Source of the DNA: Octopus vulgaris
Taxonomy: Eukaryota
Direction: 5' to 3'
DNA length: 64,000 nt
NCBI GenBank assembly: GCA_951406725.2
Contig: OX597820.1
Coordinates: forward strand, 77,314,001-77,378,000
The notes below the pieces were generated by a model, which saw only the letters and a list, made by a program, of their open reading frames with translations, was not told the DNA's origin and made no database searches. Numbering within the stretch: position 1 is the first letter of the stretch; each line of letters begins with the position of its first letter. Shown here one piece after another: positions 28,820 to 40,980 of the stretch. A program made the translations under genes and the position numbers.

Positions 28820-28972
28820 GCTCATCAGGAATGAGTGTATGGTAAGGAGTTGCTTCCCAACCACATTTTGCTGAGTTCAGTCCTAGTGTGTGGCATCGTG
28901 ATCAAGTGTCCTTAACTACAGCTTCGAGATCACTAAATATTTGTAAGTGAATTTGGTAGAAGGAGCCTGAAA
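28820..28972 (+). mobile_element. Degenerate head half of SINE family A
   Basis: TGGTAAGGAGTTGCTTCCCAACCACAT...GAGTTCAGTCC...GAATTTGGTAGA, then (TA)n; no tail found. Confidence 0.65.
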
Positions 28973-29090
28973 CATATATATATATATTATTATTATAAGT
29001 ATATATAATTTTTACCGAATATGGTCCTTTCCATACCGAAAAACTACTACGTGAAATTTATTAATTTTATTAAATTAATTATATTTCACC

Positions 29091-29135
<45 letters not shown>

Positions 29136-29149
29136 TATGTGTATATATA

Positions 29150-29184
<35 letters not shown>

Positions 29185-29189
<5 letters not shown>

Positions 29190-29400
29190 TAATCCAAACG
29201 GGAAAACAGAAAAAACAACAACACGTGGAACAATTACAGTATTATTATTATTAGGCGCTCAGGAAAATGGAAGAAGGAGGGTATGACGTTTCGAGCGGAG
29301 CTCTTCGTCGGAAACATAGGAGAAAGAAAGATCCCGAGACGGGAGGACAGAGGAAAAGAAATTGCAGGTAGTCTTCACGAGGTCACATACTGAAAAGACG
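29185..29400 (-). mobile_element. Penelope-like pLTR remnant carrying a hammerhead-like motif
   Basis: Begins directly at a (TA)n tract. Minus strand 29281-29315 reads GTTT-CCGACGA-A-GAGC-TCC-GCTC-GAAAC-GTC-ATAC. Confidence 0.6.
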
Positions 29401-30065
29401 GAAGTAGTAAAAAAGGAGGAAAATGTTTTTTAAAAACAGGAGAGCTGAATCAAAGAGGGAATGGTAAAAAGGTGTGCGAGAAAATGAGGGTGTGTGTGTG
29501 AGTGTACGCGTGTGTGTGTATGTGTGTGTATGGTGGACAGTGGCTAGTAGCAGGCAGTAGTAGAATTAAAGGAGTGTGTGGGGGTACCATAGCAAGTCAG
29601 AAAGGCAGATCAGAAACAGAGAGGTATGTGTGTGTGCGTCTGTATGTATGTGTGAGTGTGTGCGTGTGCGTGTATATATGTGTGTGTGAGGCGAGATAAA
29701 AAAACAAAAAATATGTATATGTTAGTGTGTGCAGGGCGAACAGATGACATAGCAAGTCTCGAGTGAGTGGTCAGTGGTAAAAAAAGGGAGGAAGGAGGGA
29801 AGAAGGGAAGGAGGGAAAGGGTGGGGGCGTATGTAACGTGCCAGTGTGTGTGTAGAGTGGTAGTATGTCCAGTGTGCGTAGTTGTGTGTATGGCAAGTAA
29901 ATTTGAAGTGTGTGTAAGTGTAATGTATATATATATGCAAATGTGTGTGTGTGTGTGGGTGTGTGTATGTGTGTGCGTGTGTGTACAAAGAGGATACATG
30001 TGTTTATATATATATATACGTACACACACATAAATATATATTTATATATGCATATATATATATGT

Positions 30066-30301
30066 ATTCTTTTATGTGTTTCAGTCAGCTGACAGTGGCC
30101 ATGCTATAGCACCGCGTTTTATCGTCCAAATCGACTCCAAGACTTATCCTTTGTAAGCGTAGTACTTATGCTATCAACCTCTTTTGCCGAACCGTTAAGT
30201 GATGGGACGTAAACACACCAACATTGGTTGAGAAGTGATGATGGGGAAATACAGACACACAAACATACATATATATATACACATACACACACACAAACAC
30301 A

Positions 30302-30377
<76 letters not shown>

Positions 30378-30550
30378 CATATATATACATATACACGACG
30401 TGCTTCTTTCAGTTTCATCTACCAATTTCACTCACAAGTCTTTGGTCGCCCGAGGCTATAGTAGAAGACAACCGCCCCAGTTGGCACGGAGTGGGACTGA
30501 ACCCGGAACCATGTGGTTGGTAGGGAAGCTACTTGCTGTACAGTCACTGG
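30066..30550 (-). mobile_element. SINE family A, older copy
   Basis: Tail, (CA)n centre and head are homologous to 12800-13211. Confidence 0.88.
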
Positions 30551-31094
30551 TATATATCGGTGTGTGTAGAACTTGTTTTGGTCTATTATATGTAAAAAGA
30601 AATATTGAATAACATAAAACGGAAGATGTGTTTAAAACAACTTGCTATATTTCCGAAATTCTTTTATTCTTTTATTCTTTTACTTGTTTTAGTCATTTTA
30701 GTCAACTTTTACATGTTGTCTCCCAATGGGTTTTTAGGTCGAGTTGCGATCTTCGAGCTTTGTTTCACTTCTGCTATTTGTTGCAGTTTAAGGCAAGTTA
30801 TCTGCTTGGGTGTGTAGAATTTTGTCACCGTTAAATAAGTGTGTGTATGGTTATACGTCTGTATGTATGTATGTATGTATGTATTATTATTATATGTGTG
30901 TTAGTGTGTGTCTGTGTATGTGTGTGTGTGTGTGCTTGTGTGCAGTGATGTTTGCCTTTATATTCGGTTGTAATAAAAATCAATTGTACATTCCTTTCAT
31001 GGGTCACTTCATACATGTGTAGATTACAAATTTATTATTACATACGAAGAATAGTATGTGTAGATACATACACACACACGCACACATACACACA

Positions 31095-31140
<46 letters not shown>

Positions 31141-31169
31141 AATAAAATATATGCATATATATAAACATA

Positions 31170-31720
31170 TATGTACGTACCTACCTCTACATGTACATAT
31201 ACACGCATATATGTGTACAGGACACCAAAAAGACGTCGAACACATAGAGAGACGAAAAACATAGACACAAACCAAGGAACAAGACAAGCAAAAAAAAAAA
31301 AGAGATACAGGACAATAAGCACAACGAAAAATCCCCTTCTTCAGTCGCTAAGGTTTCATCTACTAAACGTTTCGAAGGATAAAAGCGAGACGTATACTTC
31401 GAAGAAAACTTCCTTCCTACGAAAAGCAAATCAATTAAAATTCTGAGATCTTTTCGCAGAGGGGTAAAAAAAGCAAGATGGTAACGACAGTACAAACATA
31501 TAAACAGTAAAAAATATATATATAAACAGTGGAAAAATAAATATATAACAGTGAGAGACAGGACAAGGAGAACAAGATAAGAAGGGCTGTTAACGCCAGA
31601 CGAAAAAAGTATTGCAAACGCTGGATTATAGTGGACGACGAGAGGGAAAGAATATCGACCAGTAGCCTTAGAAGGCGGGCGAGAATTCACCCTAAATGTG
31701 ACCAGGGTGTTAAAAAACAC
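31170..31720. mobile_element. Interspersed repeat (probably PLE pLTR-derived), copy 1
   Basis: GTACAGGACACCAAAAAGACGTCGAACACA...GACGAAAAACATA is reverse-complement similar to 32783-32990 and 33110-33720. Contains a CGAAACGT motif on the minus strand and is flanked by TA repeats. Confidence 0.6.
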
Positions 31721-32688
31721 ACGTCAGTAAATGATTGCGCATGAATAAACTTATGATTGTGTAGTGTGTCTGTCTGCGCTTCTGTTCAAACGTTTGCAGC
31801 CACGAGGTCAAAGGGTCTATATCTGACAAAGCCTTCACGCTTGGCTGCCATAGGCACCACATATCAAAGACTTACACTTTCTCAGCCCTGCTTCATATCT
31901 ACTACATTCTTCATATTTTTTAATCATTAATATTTTATTTTTCATTTTTTATCTCTTATTTTCAACAAGGTAATGCCTCCCCTACACACACACACACAAA
32001 AAAAAACAACAAAAAAACAACCCCACGCCATTCATGTAGCTCACTTTCTGATTCCATTACTGTATTTTTTTTTTGTTCCTCATTTGAACACATCCAACCG
32101 AACTGATAGAATATCTCAAAGCAGCGAACCTGAAATATAAATACCCGCACTTAAAAGCATATTATTCCACCCGAGGAGTCTTCGTTGCACAGTGCGTTGC
32201 ATCTGGTGTTATTGCCCCGTTCAATGCCGATAAGGTAGCAGTGCATCATGAAAACGGAACAACTGTTGTGATAATAAATTGTTTTTTTTTTGTTAATCTT
32301 TATGATATATCCTACGTGAACACTGGTATTCCTGGAAGTCGGACCAACGATGAGTGCAAAGTATCGCTGATGACGCCTAGGGGGCCATATGCGGTGACGT
32401 ACTCCGCGGACACATGCCTTACTTTGAAAGAAGATGTGGATACTGCATTAACGCGTACTTTCTAAACCTAAATATTTTACCTTTAAAATCGAGTTAGCTG
32501 TCGAACCACTACCTGCTTCGTAACTTCCATGCTTCCTGAAATCCGCCAACACTACATATGATGGCTTTTGGCTTAGTTGTTGTGCACCTAAGTACTGTAT
32601 AAAACAATTTCCTTTCCTTCATTATACCATATATATATGTATATGTGTATATATATATATATATACCATATATATATATATATATATA

Positions 32689-32738
<50 letters not shown>

Positions 32739-32782
32739 CGTATATAAATATATATGTGTGTGTGTGTGTGCGTATATATGTA

Positions 32783-33720
32783 TAGACAACTGAAGAATGG
32801 GAATATTCTTTATGTTGTATATCACGTTTCTCTGTTTTTTCGTTGTTCGAAAAATGTTCGTTTCTATGTTTTTGCTTTTATGCTTTCGTTTTTCATTGTG
32901 TTCAACCTTTTTTGATGTCCTGTACTCATATATGCATGCATATATACATATATATGTAGGTATGTACATATATGTATGTATATATGCAAATATTTATATA
33001 TTATTTATATTATTATATGATCGAACGCCACGCATCCTTTTCCAAGTAAGTTTTATCTTAATAATTACGATGCGCACTCTTCTACCTATACTATCTCTTC
33101 TCTTTCTATCTCTCTCACTCTCTTGTTCTTCATCCTTTTCTGGTTTTCTCTCCCACCCTCCCATATTTTTCTCTTCTCCTCTTCACTGTTCCCTCACTTT
33201 CACTACTCTTCGTCGATTCTCTCGTCGCTGACACGTGACAAATGCGAATCTATATTTCTGCCCACAACCTTCGCAAAGAAAACAACGTACTTATACTGTC
33301 TCCTTCATAAGCTCCTCTTCCTCGCGTTCAGAATATGTATTCTATTGTCTCGGCTTAACAACCCTCACCGTTTGTTTTTACTGTTTTGGTCTCACTGTCC
33401 TCTGCAAAAAATTCCAAATTATATTTAATTTGCTTTGCGGGAAGGACTGTTTCAACGAAATCGCGTCTTGTTCTTTTTTTCGGAACGTGGGGTAGATGAA
33501 ACAGGGACAACTTAAGAAGGGGAATATCCTTTATGTTACATGATGTCTCGCTTCTCTGTTTGTTTATTTCGTTGTTCGAATAAAGTTCGTTTCTATGTTT
33601 GTTGTTTTTATGTTTTCGTTTCTCATTGTGTTCAACGTGTTTTTGATGCCCTGTACCCATTTATGCATGTATATATATATACATATATATGTAGGTATGT
33701 ACATATGTGTATGTATATAT
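32783..33720. mobile_element. Two further copies of the same repeat (32783-32990 short, 33110-33720 long), opposite in orientation to copy 1
   Basis: ORFs 32622 and 33355 share the translation [10 protein letters not shown]; the sequence GACAACT.AAGAA.GGGAATAT.CTTTATGTT occurs twice. Confidence 0.7.
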
Positions 33721-33722
33721 GC

Positions 33723-33759
<37 letters not shown>

Positions 33760-34015
33760 ATATGTATATATGTATATATATAGATGTATATATATATATA
33801 TCTGTGTGTGTGTGTGCATACATATACATACATACAATTAGAATATATAAAAGTGCATACTAAGTATGTCTACCTGGTGGGAATATCAGTGAAAACTCTT
33901 ATTTAAATCGCCATTTTTAAAATTCTCACTCTAATAATAGAGTCAATGATATCTTCGCAAATATTTGCTCCCGAATTATTTTCTCCTTATTGAAATATAT
34001 ATATATATATGTATA

Positions 34016-34088
<73 letters not shown>

Positions 34089-34123
34089 ATGTGTGTAAAT
34101 ATATATGTATATATATATATATG

Positions 34124-34167
<44 letters not shown>

Positions 34168-34170
<3 letters not shown>

Positions 34171-34458
34171 TAAAAGTTGTAAGTCACCGCATGAGTGGAA
34201 ATTTATACGAAGGAAGGTTTGAAAATGCAATTTTAAAGATGTTTATTCACTTGACTGGTTTCACTTTCATAGAAAAAGATTGTCAAAAACTTTCTATAAC
34301 CTTTATTGTGTTAATTACTGGTTGTCACAAAAGTATTAAAAAACATATATACATTCTTTGATAATCATAATAAAATATTAAAAGCAGTTTACAAGAAAGT
34401 ATTTAAGAAAATATTCAACAAAAAGTATTAGGAGTTCAATAAAAATCATGTTTTTTTG

Positions 34459-34519
<61 letters not shown>

Positions 34520-34654
34520 ACAATGCCAGAAAGACAGGATGGTTCCTCTCGAATTCTTTGTAAACTTTTAAATATATCTCCATCTGTGTATATATAAACT
34601 ACCAAACATGATTTTTATTGAACTCCTAATACTTTTTCTTAGTTGCCAACGCAG
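34168..34654. mobile_element. PLE-like remnant with a perfect 34-bp inverted repeat
   Basis: 34420-34453 is the reverse complement of 34604-34637. Minus strand 34250-34290 has a degenerate hammerhead-like string, TTGACAAT-CTTT...AAAG-T-GAAAC-CAGTC. Bounded by (TA)n. Confidence 0.55.
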
Positions 34655-34697
<43 letters not shown>

Positions 34698-36054
34698 ACA
34701 TGCATACATGTCTGTATATATATATATGTATGTATATACATGTATATATAGATAGATAGGTACAAACAAACGTACATATATATATACATACATACATACA
34801 CATACATAAATACTTACATGCACTCATACAAGGATGCACATATACGTTTATATTTTGACTATATGTGAGAGTGGATGCGTACTGTCGGTGTGTGCATGTA
34901 TGTGTAGTGATGTAATGATTCTTATCTTAATATATCAGCAGACGTCAAAAATCTACATTCTTCACCCGCCAGTTAAGAACAAAACAAAATGCAACATATA
35001 CTAATTGGATTTTAACGGCAGTGGAACAATCGAAAATTCAGTTTAATCTGGGCCAAATTTAAGGCTAATATCCTGGTCACTCCATGTTCAGACGAAATCA
35101 AACACATTAATACAAATACGAGGCATGAGTATAAATAGTTGTGGTTTCCGACAGATTATTTATATAAGGTTGTTCAGAATTCTGTTTAAAGTTACGCAAT
35201 GATATATGATGACATATATTTATAAGCAGCAATGCTGCTTTCATTACACAATTTTGTTGTAAGCGGAAATTGGTCTGAGTGACCGGGATAAATTTACGAT
35301 GGGTGTCCCATATGTAAAGACATCCTGCATAAAGGAATCTCTGGATACTACTTTGATAGTGAATAGGATTCTAATTTAATTCAATATGTCTTCTTAATTA
35401 AATACTGTTTCCAATAAAATCAGCGAATTGATTAATCTAAAAGATTCTTAAACTTTTCCATCACCATCCTAGCCTTCTATGTTTATTATGCATTTGCCAA
35501 GTTGTATATCGATCATCGCTGATACACTGTAAATAATGGAGTGATTATGGACTCACAAGAAATGTAATATGCGTCTATGTCACTGAAGTGTAAGCAACAC
35601 TGTACTTCTATAGGGGATGCTTCTAACGGTTTTGCTTATTGTATCTCTGTTGCACATGTCATTTTAAATCTTTGATGTCCCCTAAAACAAAACGTTGAGA
35701 AACATTTGTCGCCTACAGTAAGCTATCAATGACTGATTTAAAAACAGCACTCCAACATTCTGATAAGCCTTTAAACGTGTAGTATCTCCTAGAAAATATC
35801 TCCTCGGGTTAAAAGTAAGAAAGACTAATCTGAATTCTAAACATGTGTAAACTTATATTTTCAAGTCAAACTTATTTGTCAGCGCGGCAACATATCTATG
35901 ATCGCACGGAATTTTATTGAAAAATAAATGTAGCATTACAGATTGATATGTGCGGGGTTTTCGTAATGGAGACAACGGGTTTTAATCAATAACAAGTTCA
36001 TGATCTTCTGTTCAGTAATAATCGATTGCAGATTATACAAACATGTATATATAT

Positions 36055-36220
36055 ATATAAGAGGGAATTTTACCACTATCTGGAAACCCTTATGCTAGAA
36101 GAAGCGGATCTTCTTCTAGCATAAGGGTTTCTACATAGTGATAAAATTCCCTCTTATATGTATGTAATAATATTTACTGAACCTCAGTTTTTTATATGCT
36201 AGACCACTGATGTTTAAATT
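36055..36220. repeat. Near-perfect 50-bp-arm hairpin insertion plus short tail, between microsatellites
   Basis: 36055-36104 pairs with 36110-36159 (3 mismatches); loop CGGAT. Confidence 0.9.
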
Positions 36221-36225
36221 TATAT

Positions 36226-36314
<89 letters not shown>

Positions 36315-36790
36315 TATATGCATATATACATATATATATATATATGGATAGATAGATATATATATGGATAGATAGATATATATACATATATATATAGATA
36401 TATATACATATATATATACATATATATATATACACATATATATATACATATATATATATCAATACTTAAGTAAAACGAGCAATTTGATTAACAACGTTGA
36501 TGTTAAATTATATTACGTGTGTGTGCGTATAAATGCTTGGTTTTCTGTTATAAAAACAATTTTACGTGATGTTGAAGGATCACTCAATATAATTTCTCGT
36601 GTCTCGGTATCACAAAATAAAATGTGCCCTAATATAATTATGTTGTTCGAAGAGAGATAATCAATCGGAAAGTAGGAAGTGTGACTTCAGAGAAATAACA
36701 ATGCGAATATAGTTCTGTTTGAAATATATGGTGGAGAATTAGTTTGAGCTGGCGTGTGGTTATGTCCCTTGTACCTTTCTCTCTGCCCTT

Positions 36791-36832
<42 letters not shown>

Positions 36833-38114
36833 AGTTCCTCTCTTTGTTACTTTCACGTGACCGGTGTTCGTCCAAGCAACAACTTTCTTTCTCGGCCTGA
36901 CATATATATGCCTCAAGGCTTTCACCCCACACGCCAGCTTAACTTAACTCGTTGTTATTAGCCGAAAGACACTTGTTATTTTCTTGTATTTGTAATCGTG
37001 TAAAATTAATCCGTTTTCGGGGGGGGGGGGGTGAAGGGGTGTCGCTGGGGAAGGGAAGAAAGAAGAAAAAGGAGAAGAAGAAATAATTGTGTTGATATTT
37101 ATACCACTGTTCAGTTTTTTCAAACCAATGTTTGATTCCTGTGCTTACATGGGATGGAGAATCTGGATTAGAGATTGATTTTATTAATGTATATGTACAT
37201 ATGTGTAGTACTGTGTGTGCGTGTGTGTGTGTGTGTTTAATACAATTAACTTTACAAATTTGGTCCTATATATATACTCAATTATGAATGAAGAACAGCT
37301 CTAGTCTTGGCATACCAACAGGTGGTTTTTTACAATCCTTGATTATGGTCATAGACATGCCGATTCCGCCGGACTGATTGAGATACGTGATTTTGATAAG
37401 CTACAAAAACTTCAAAATATCGGTATCCTTCCCTCCTAAATTGGATGAAGGCAAGTTGTTTCGCCTTCCTATGGCCTTCAGGTGTTTTAACACCCAGTGC
37501 GAATTGACCTCACCAGCGAGGTGTGAAGCAGCGAACCAGTAAACGAACAAAACGTATACTTTGAAATTTTGTAGTCGATATTATAGATATAAACATAAAT
37601 ATTTATACATTTGCTTATAATTTAGGTAACAATATAACGTCATGAGTGTTTATGTATGAGTGTGTGTATCTAGGTGCATTTGTTTGTCTGTTATGGTTAT
37701 CACAATGCTATTTATTGTCCCTCGAATATGCGAAGACATTCACATTCATGGCGAGTACAACATTGTATCCATTTTTGAATAAGTGTACACACCGTTGCTT
37801 GGTTCACTTAAAGATAAAAACGTTTATAATTCGAACCACAGCTCTCACCGAATCAGTACTTCAAAATATATTTTCTCGGTTCAGAAATAAATATATGTAA
37901 TATGTTCTGTATATTTTCGTCTGTATAACCATCATCTACCGGGGTGGGGTGGGGGCTAAATCAATGTATCAATTATACTGTTTAGACACGTCAAGTAAGG
38001 GGTTCTCGTGGTAAACGCTACTGATACACACTCTAATAGTAACAGAACTAACATCCCAACCTCATTCTGTTTAACTTAAATCAAGTGTATGATACGATGG
38101 TGTTAATATGGATT

Positions 38115-38241
38115 TAATTTCTATTTATCAAACTTTTTCAAACATTAAATTAATAAGGGTTCCTCTTCGTACTGTATAATTTCTATTTATCAAACTTTTT
38201 CAAACATTATTAAATTAATGAGTGTTCCTCTTCGTACTGTA
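38115..38241. repeat. Tandem duplication of a 62-65 bp unit
   Basis: TAATTTCTATTTATCAAACTTTTTCAAACATT...TTCCTCTTCGTACTGTA occurs twice. Confidence 0.92.
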
Positions 38242-38501
38242 TTATTTCACTCTTGCAATTCTCCAATTGATGCTTTGTACTTGCAGGTGCTAATCAGAGG
38301 AAAATACGCAAGATTAAGACAATTTTGCTGCCATACACAATAGAAAGGCAAGACCTAATAAAACAGCCAATTCAGTGGGAAATATTTAATACATAATACT
38401 AGGAATGCAACTACTTTATCTATGTGCTATGTGCAAAGATCATTAGGTGCAATACATTATCATATTAGAGTAATGTGAATATGATAATATATATATATAT
38501 A

Positions 38502-38876
38502 ATTTTAAATTCTCAAACGTAGGATAATGCTAATAATAATAGTCTGAACAGGATAAGCTACCCCTATTTTGCAGGAAAAAGTGTTGGCAGGATTTCTACA
38601 TAACTTAAATTTGTAGAAGAATTTGTGGCGTGGGCAGTTTAGCTTAATACTTCAGAGCACCGCGACGTGTAATCACGGAGGTGTGAGTTCGAGTCTCATA
38701 GCCGGCCGCCAACACTTTTTTCTGTAAAATAGCGGTAGCTTAACCTGTTCAGGCTATATTATTACCATTATCCTGCGTTTGAGATTTCAAAATCACTTCT
38801 TTCACTTTCTAAGACATCTCAACGCATCTAAAGCATACTTCGTTTGTTTCTTTACGTTCATCGTAATTTAAATTTA
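38502..38876. mobile_element. Insertion with about 86-bp inverted arms enclosing a tRNA-like sequence
   Basis: 38502-38588 pairs imperfectly with 38708-38793 (about 10 differences); (TA)n lies on both outer flanks. Confidence 0.8.
38632..38711 (+). pseudogene. tRNA-like sequence (TGT at the anticodon position, Thr-like); not a convincing functional tRNA
   Basis: D-stem GCTT/GAGC; anticodon arm CCGCGA-CGTGTAA-TCACGG; T-arm GTGAG-TTCGAGT-CTCAT; acceptor GGGCAGT/GCCGGCC with 2 mismatches; ends GCCA, followed by TTTTTT. Confidence 0.55.
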
Positions 38877-40824
38877 TATATATATAAAGCAAGGAAACTA
38901 GCTCGTTACAGAGTCGAAAACACTTATCTAAACTGTGAATAATTTTTATCATCACTTAACCATGGGTGTTCTGTAAGTGCAGACGATACTGTTATTTTAA
39001 CAGCAGGTGAACGTCTCCTCCTGTAGGTTATTCAGTACACTGCGCATCCGATATATATTACAAGTGGGAAGGGAACACCTTACTGCCAGCTACCGAGATG
39101 ACCAGACCATACGGTGTTCGTATATATGTCTACGCAATCGAGGAGACTCGTGGTAATAAGGTGCAGCGAAGTTTCTCTATATTGGGATTCAAGTACAATT
39201 ACTTGATTTGGATTTCCATTGAAAGGGTAAGTAATCAACGGTTCGGTGAAAATACGTCTTCAAAAAAGAAATTTAGGCGTGCACCCACTGAATGTGTGAC
39301 AGCCACGAAGAAATATATTTTGCGCAAATTCGGAAATATATTTTCCGCAAGTTAGGAAATACAGGTTTAATTAATTTCAACGATTACAGTATGGCGTTGG
39401 TTGTCAAAAACGAAATCTGCTAATATGTGTTGATGAGGAATCAGCTGTCAGATTATTGATTTGATTCATTAATCAGCATTTACAAGTGTAAGCGTTGCCA
39501 GAACAATTCTGCATATTTCCTTCCAACGGTGAGAATTTACTGACAGTAGTTTCAACAGCTGGTTGGAATGCCTCTTTCAGATTCAGACATAAAAGCAGAT
39601 TATATCTCTATAAGAATTGATTAACGTCCTTTGTCTATGAATATAGACATCACATTGTCATTAAGCAATTAACTATTGTAATGAACACTGAATTTAGCAA
39701 TGTCATTAACCTGAAGTAGGCCGATACTGAATTTAACAGTAATGAGATATTTTCAAAATGCATGCAGCGTGATAGGCATATTCCAGCACGTAATACCTCC
39801 AAAATTTCATCAAATATCTATGTTTGAATATACGTAAAGAAGTAAGAATAATTTCAGATATTCAGTAGTTGAGAGGATATTACACCTAACTCTGAGTATT
39901 ACTGATCAATACTAGATAAACAAGCAAAGTCACTACCACAGGAAATTAAATAGCTGAATAAACACTCACAAGTGTCTTTATTAATTCCTGTCATCTATCT
40001 TTGAAAATTAAAGAATTATGTTTGAATATTGTGGAGTGAGATGGAAGAATAACTGAAGAATAGTGGTTGGACAATAATTCGTGTGAAGAATTGTTTAGAC
40101 AACAGATATTGCATTCTTGTATCTAGCCCGTGATACACGAACACAGAAACTGCATATATGTACGTATATAGTTTTAAACGTCATAAAAAAGTTTTATGTT
40201 ACTATATTTTGGGAGAAATAGCATGTCAGTTATCGAATGGCCCAGTAATAACAGTACGTAAGCATACGCAGAAATCTTACTCTGCATGAAACCGTTTATT
40301 TATAGCTCTCAGTACTAAAGTCTATTGTACAAAATGTTTTCAACACGTTCTATATCATGTAAGTCTATTTCATCTACAACTGACATCAATTTTATATTCT
40401 AGGCAACTACTGTTATTAATTGACAATTAGAAAAGAATTAAGAAACACACGGAGATGGGTTTTCCCCATGTTTTCATGAATATACATGATAGGTGTGAAA
40501 TGTATTTGATCGCAATAATATAGACTTTGGATTGTTTGCACAATTTTTTTTGTTTTGTGATTTTAAAGACGAAATTTATGGGGGAGCAGTCTGTATGTTT
40601 CGTCAAATAGGAACAGTAAGGAATTAAAGTACGTTCTGCTGTAGTATAGTGATGTATACTACAGTGGGAGGTAGATAGTTTTATAAATATTACATTAGAT
40701 TTTCCATATTGTTTCCACCGGAAACAATAAATATATATTCATGATTAGTAGATACACTAATAACATTCACGGCATTCTTCGAAATTTAGTTTTTAAGATA
40801 TATATTTATCTATCTATCTATCTA

Positions 40825-40886
<62 letters not shown>

Positions 40887-40980
40887 TGATTGATTGATTC
40901 CAGTTTCAGCTTATGAGCTGTGGCCATGCTGGGGCACCGCCATTTGGTGTTGCTACTTGGTTTCACTTCATGGAGGCTTT

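Noticed and set aside
36780-37020. Promoter-like region (CT tract, TCACGTGA E-box)
   Set aside because: Short motifs expected by chance; no associated gene visible.
38270-38355. Possible small exon (TTGCAG acceptor, AG/GCAAGA donor)
   Set aside because: Non-canonical donor, no recognisable peptide and no neighbouring exons.
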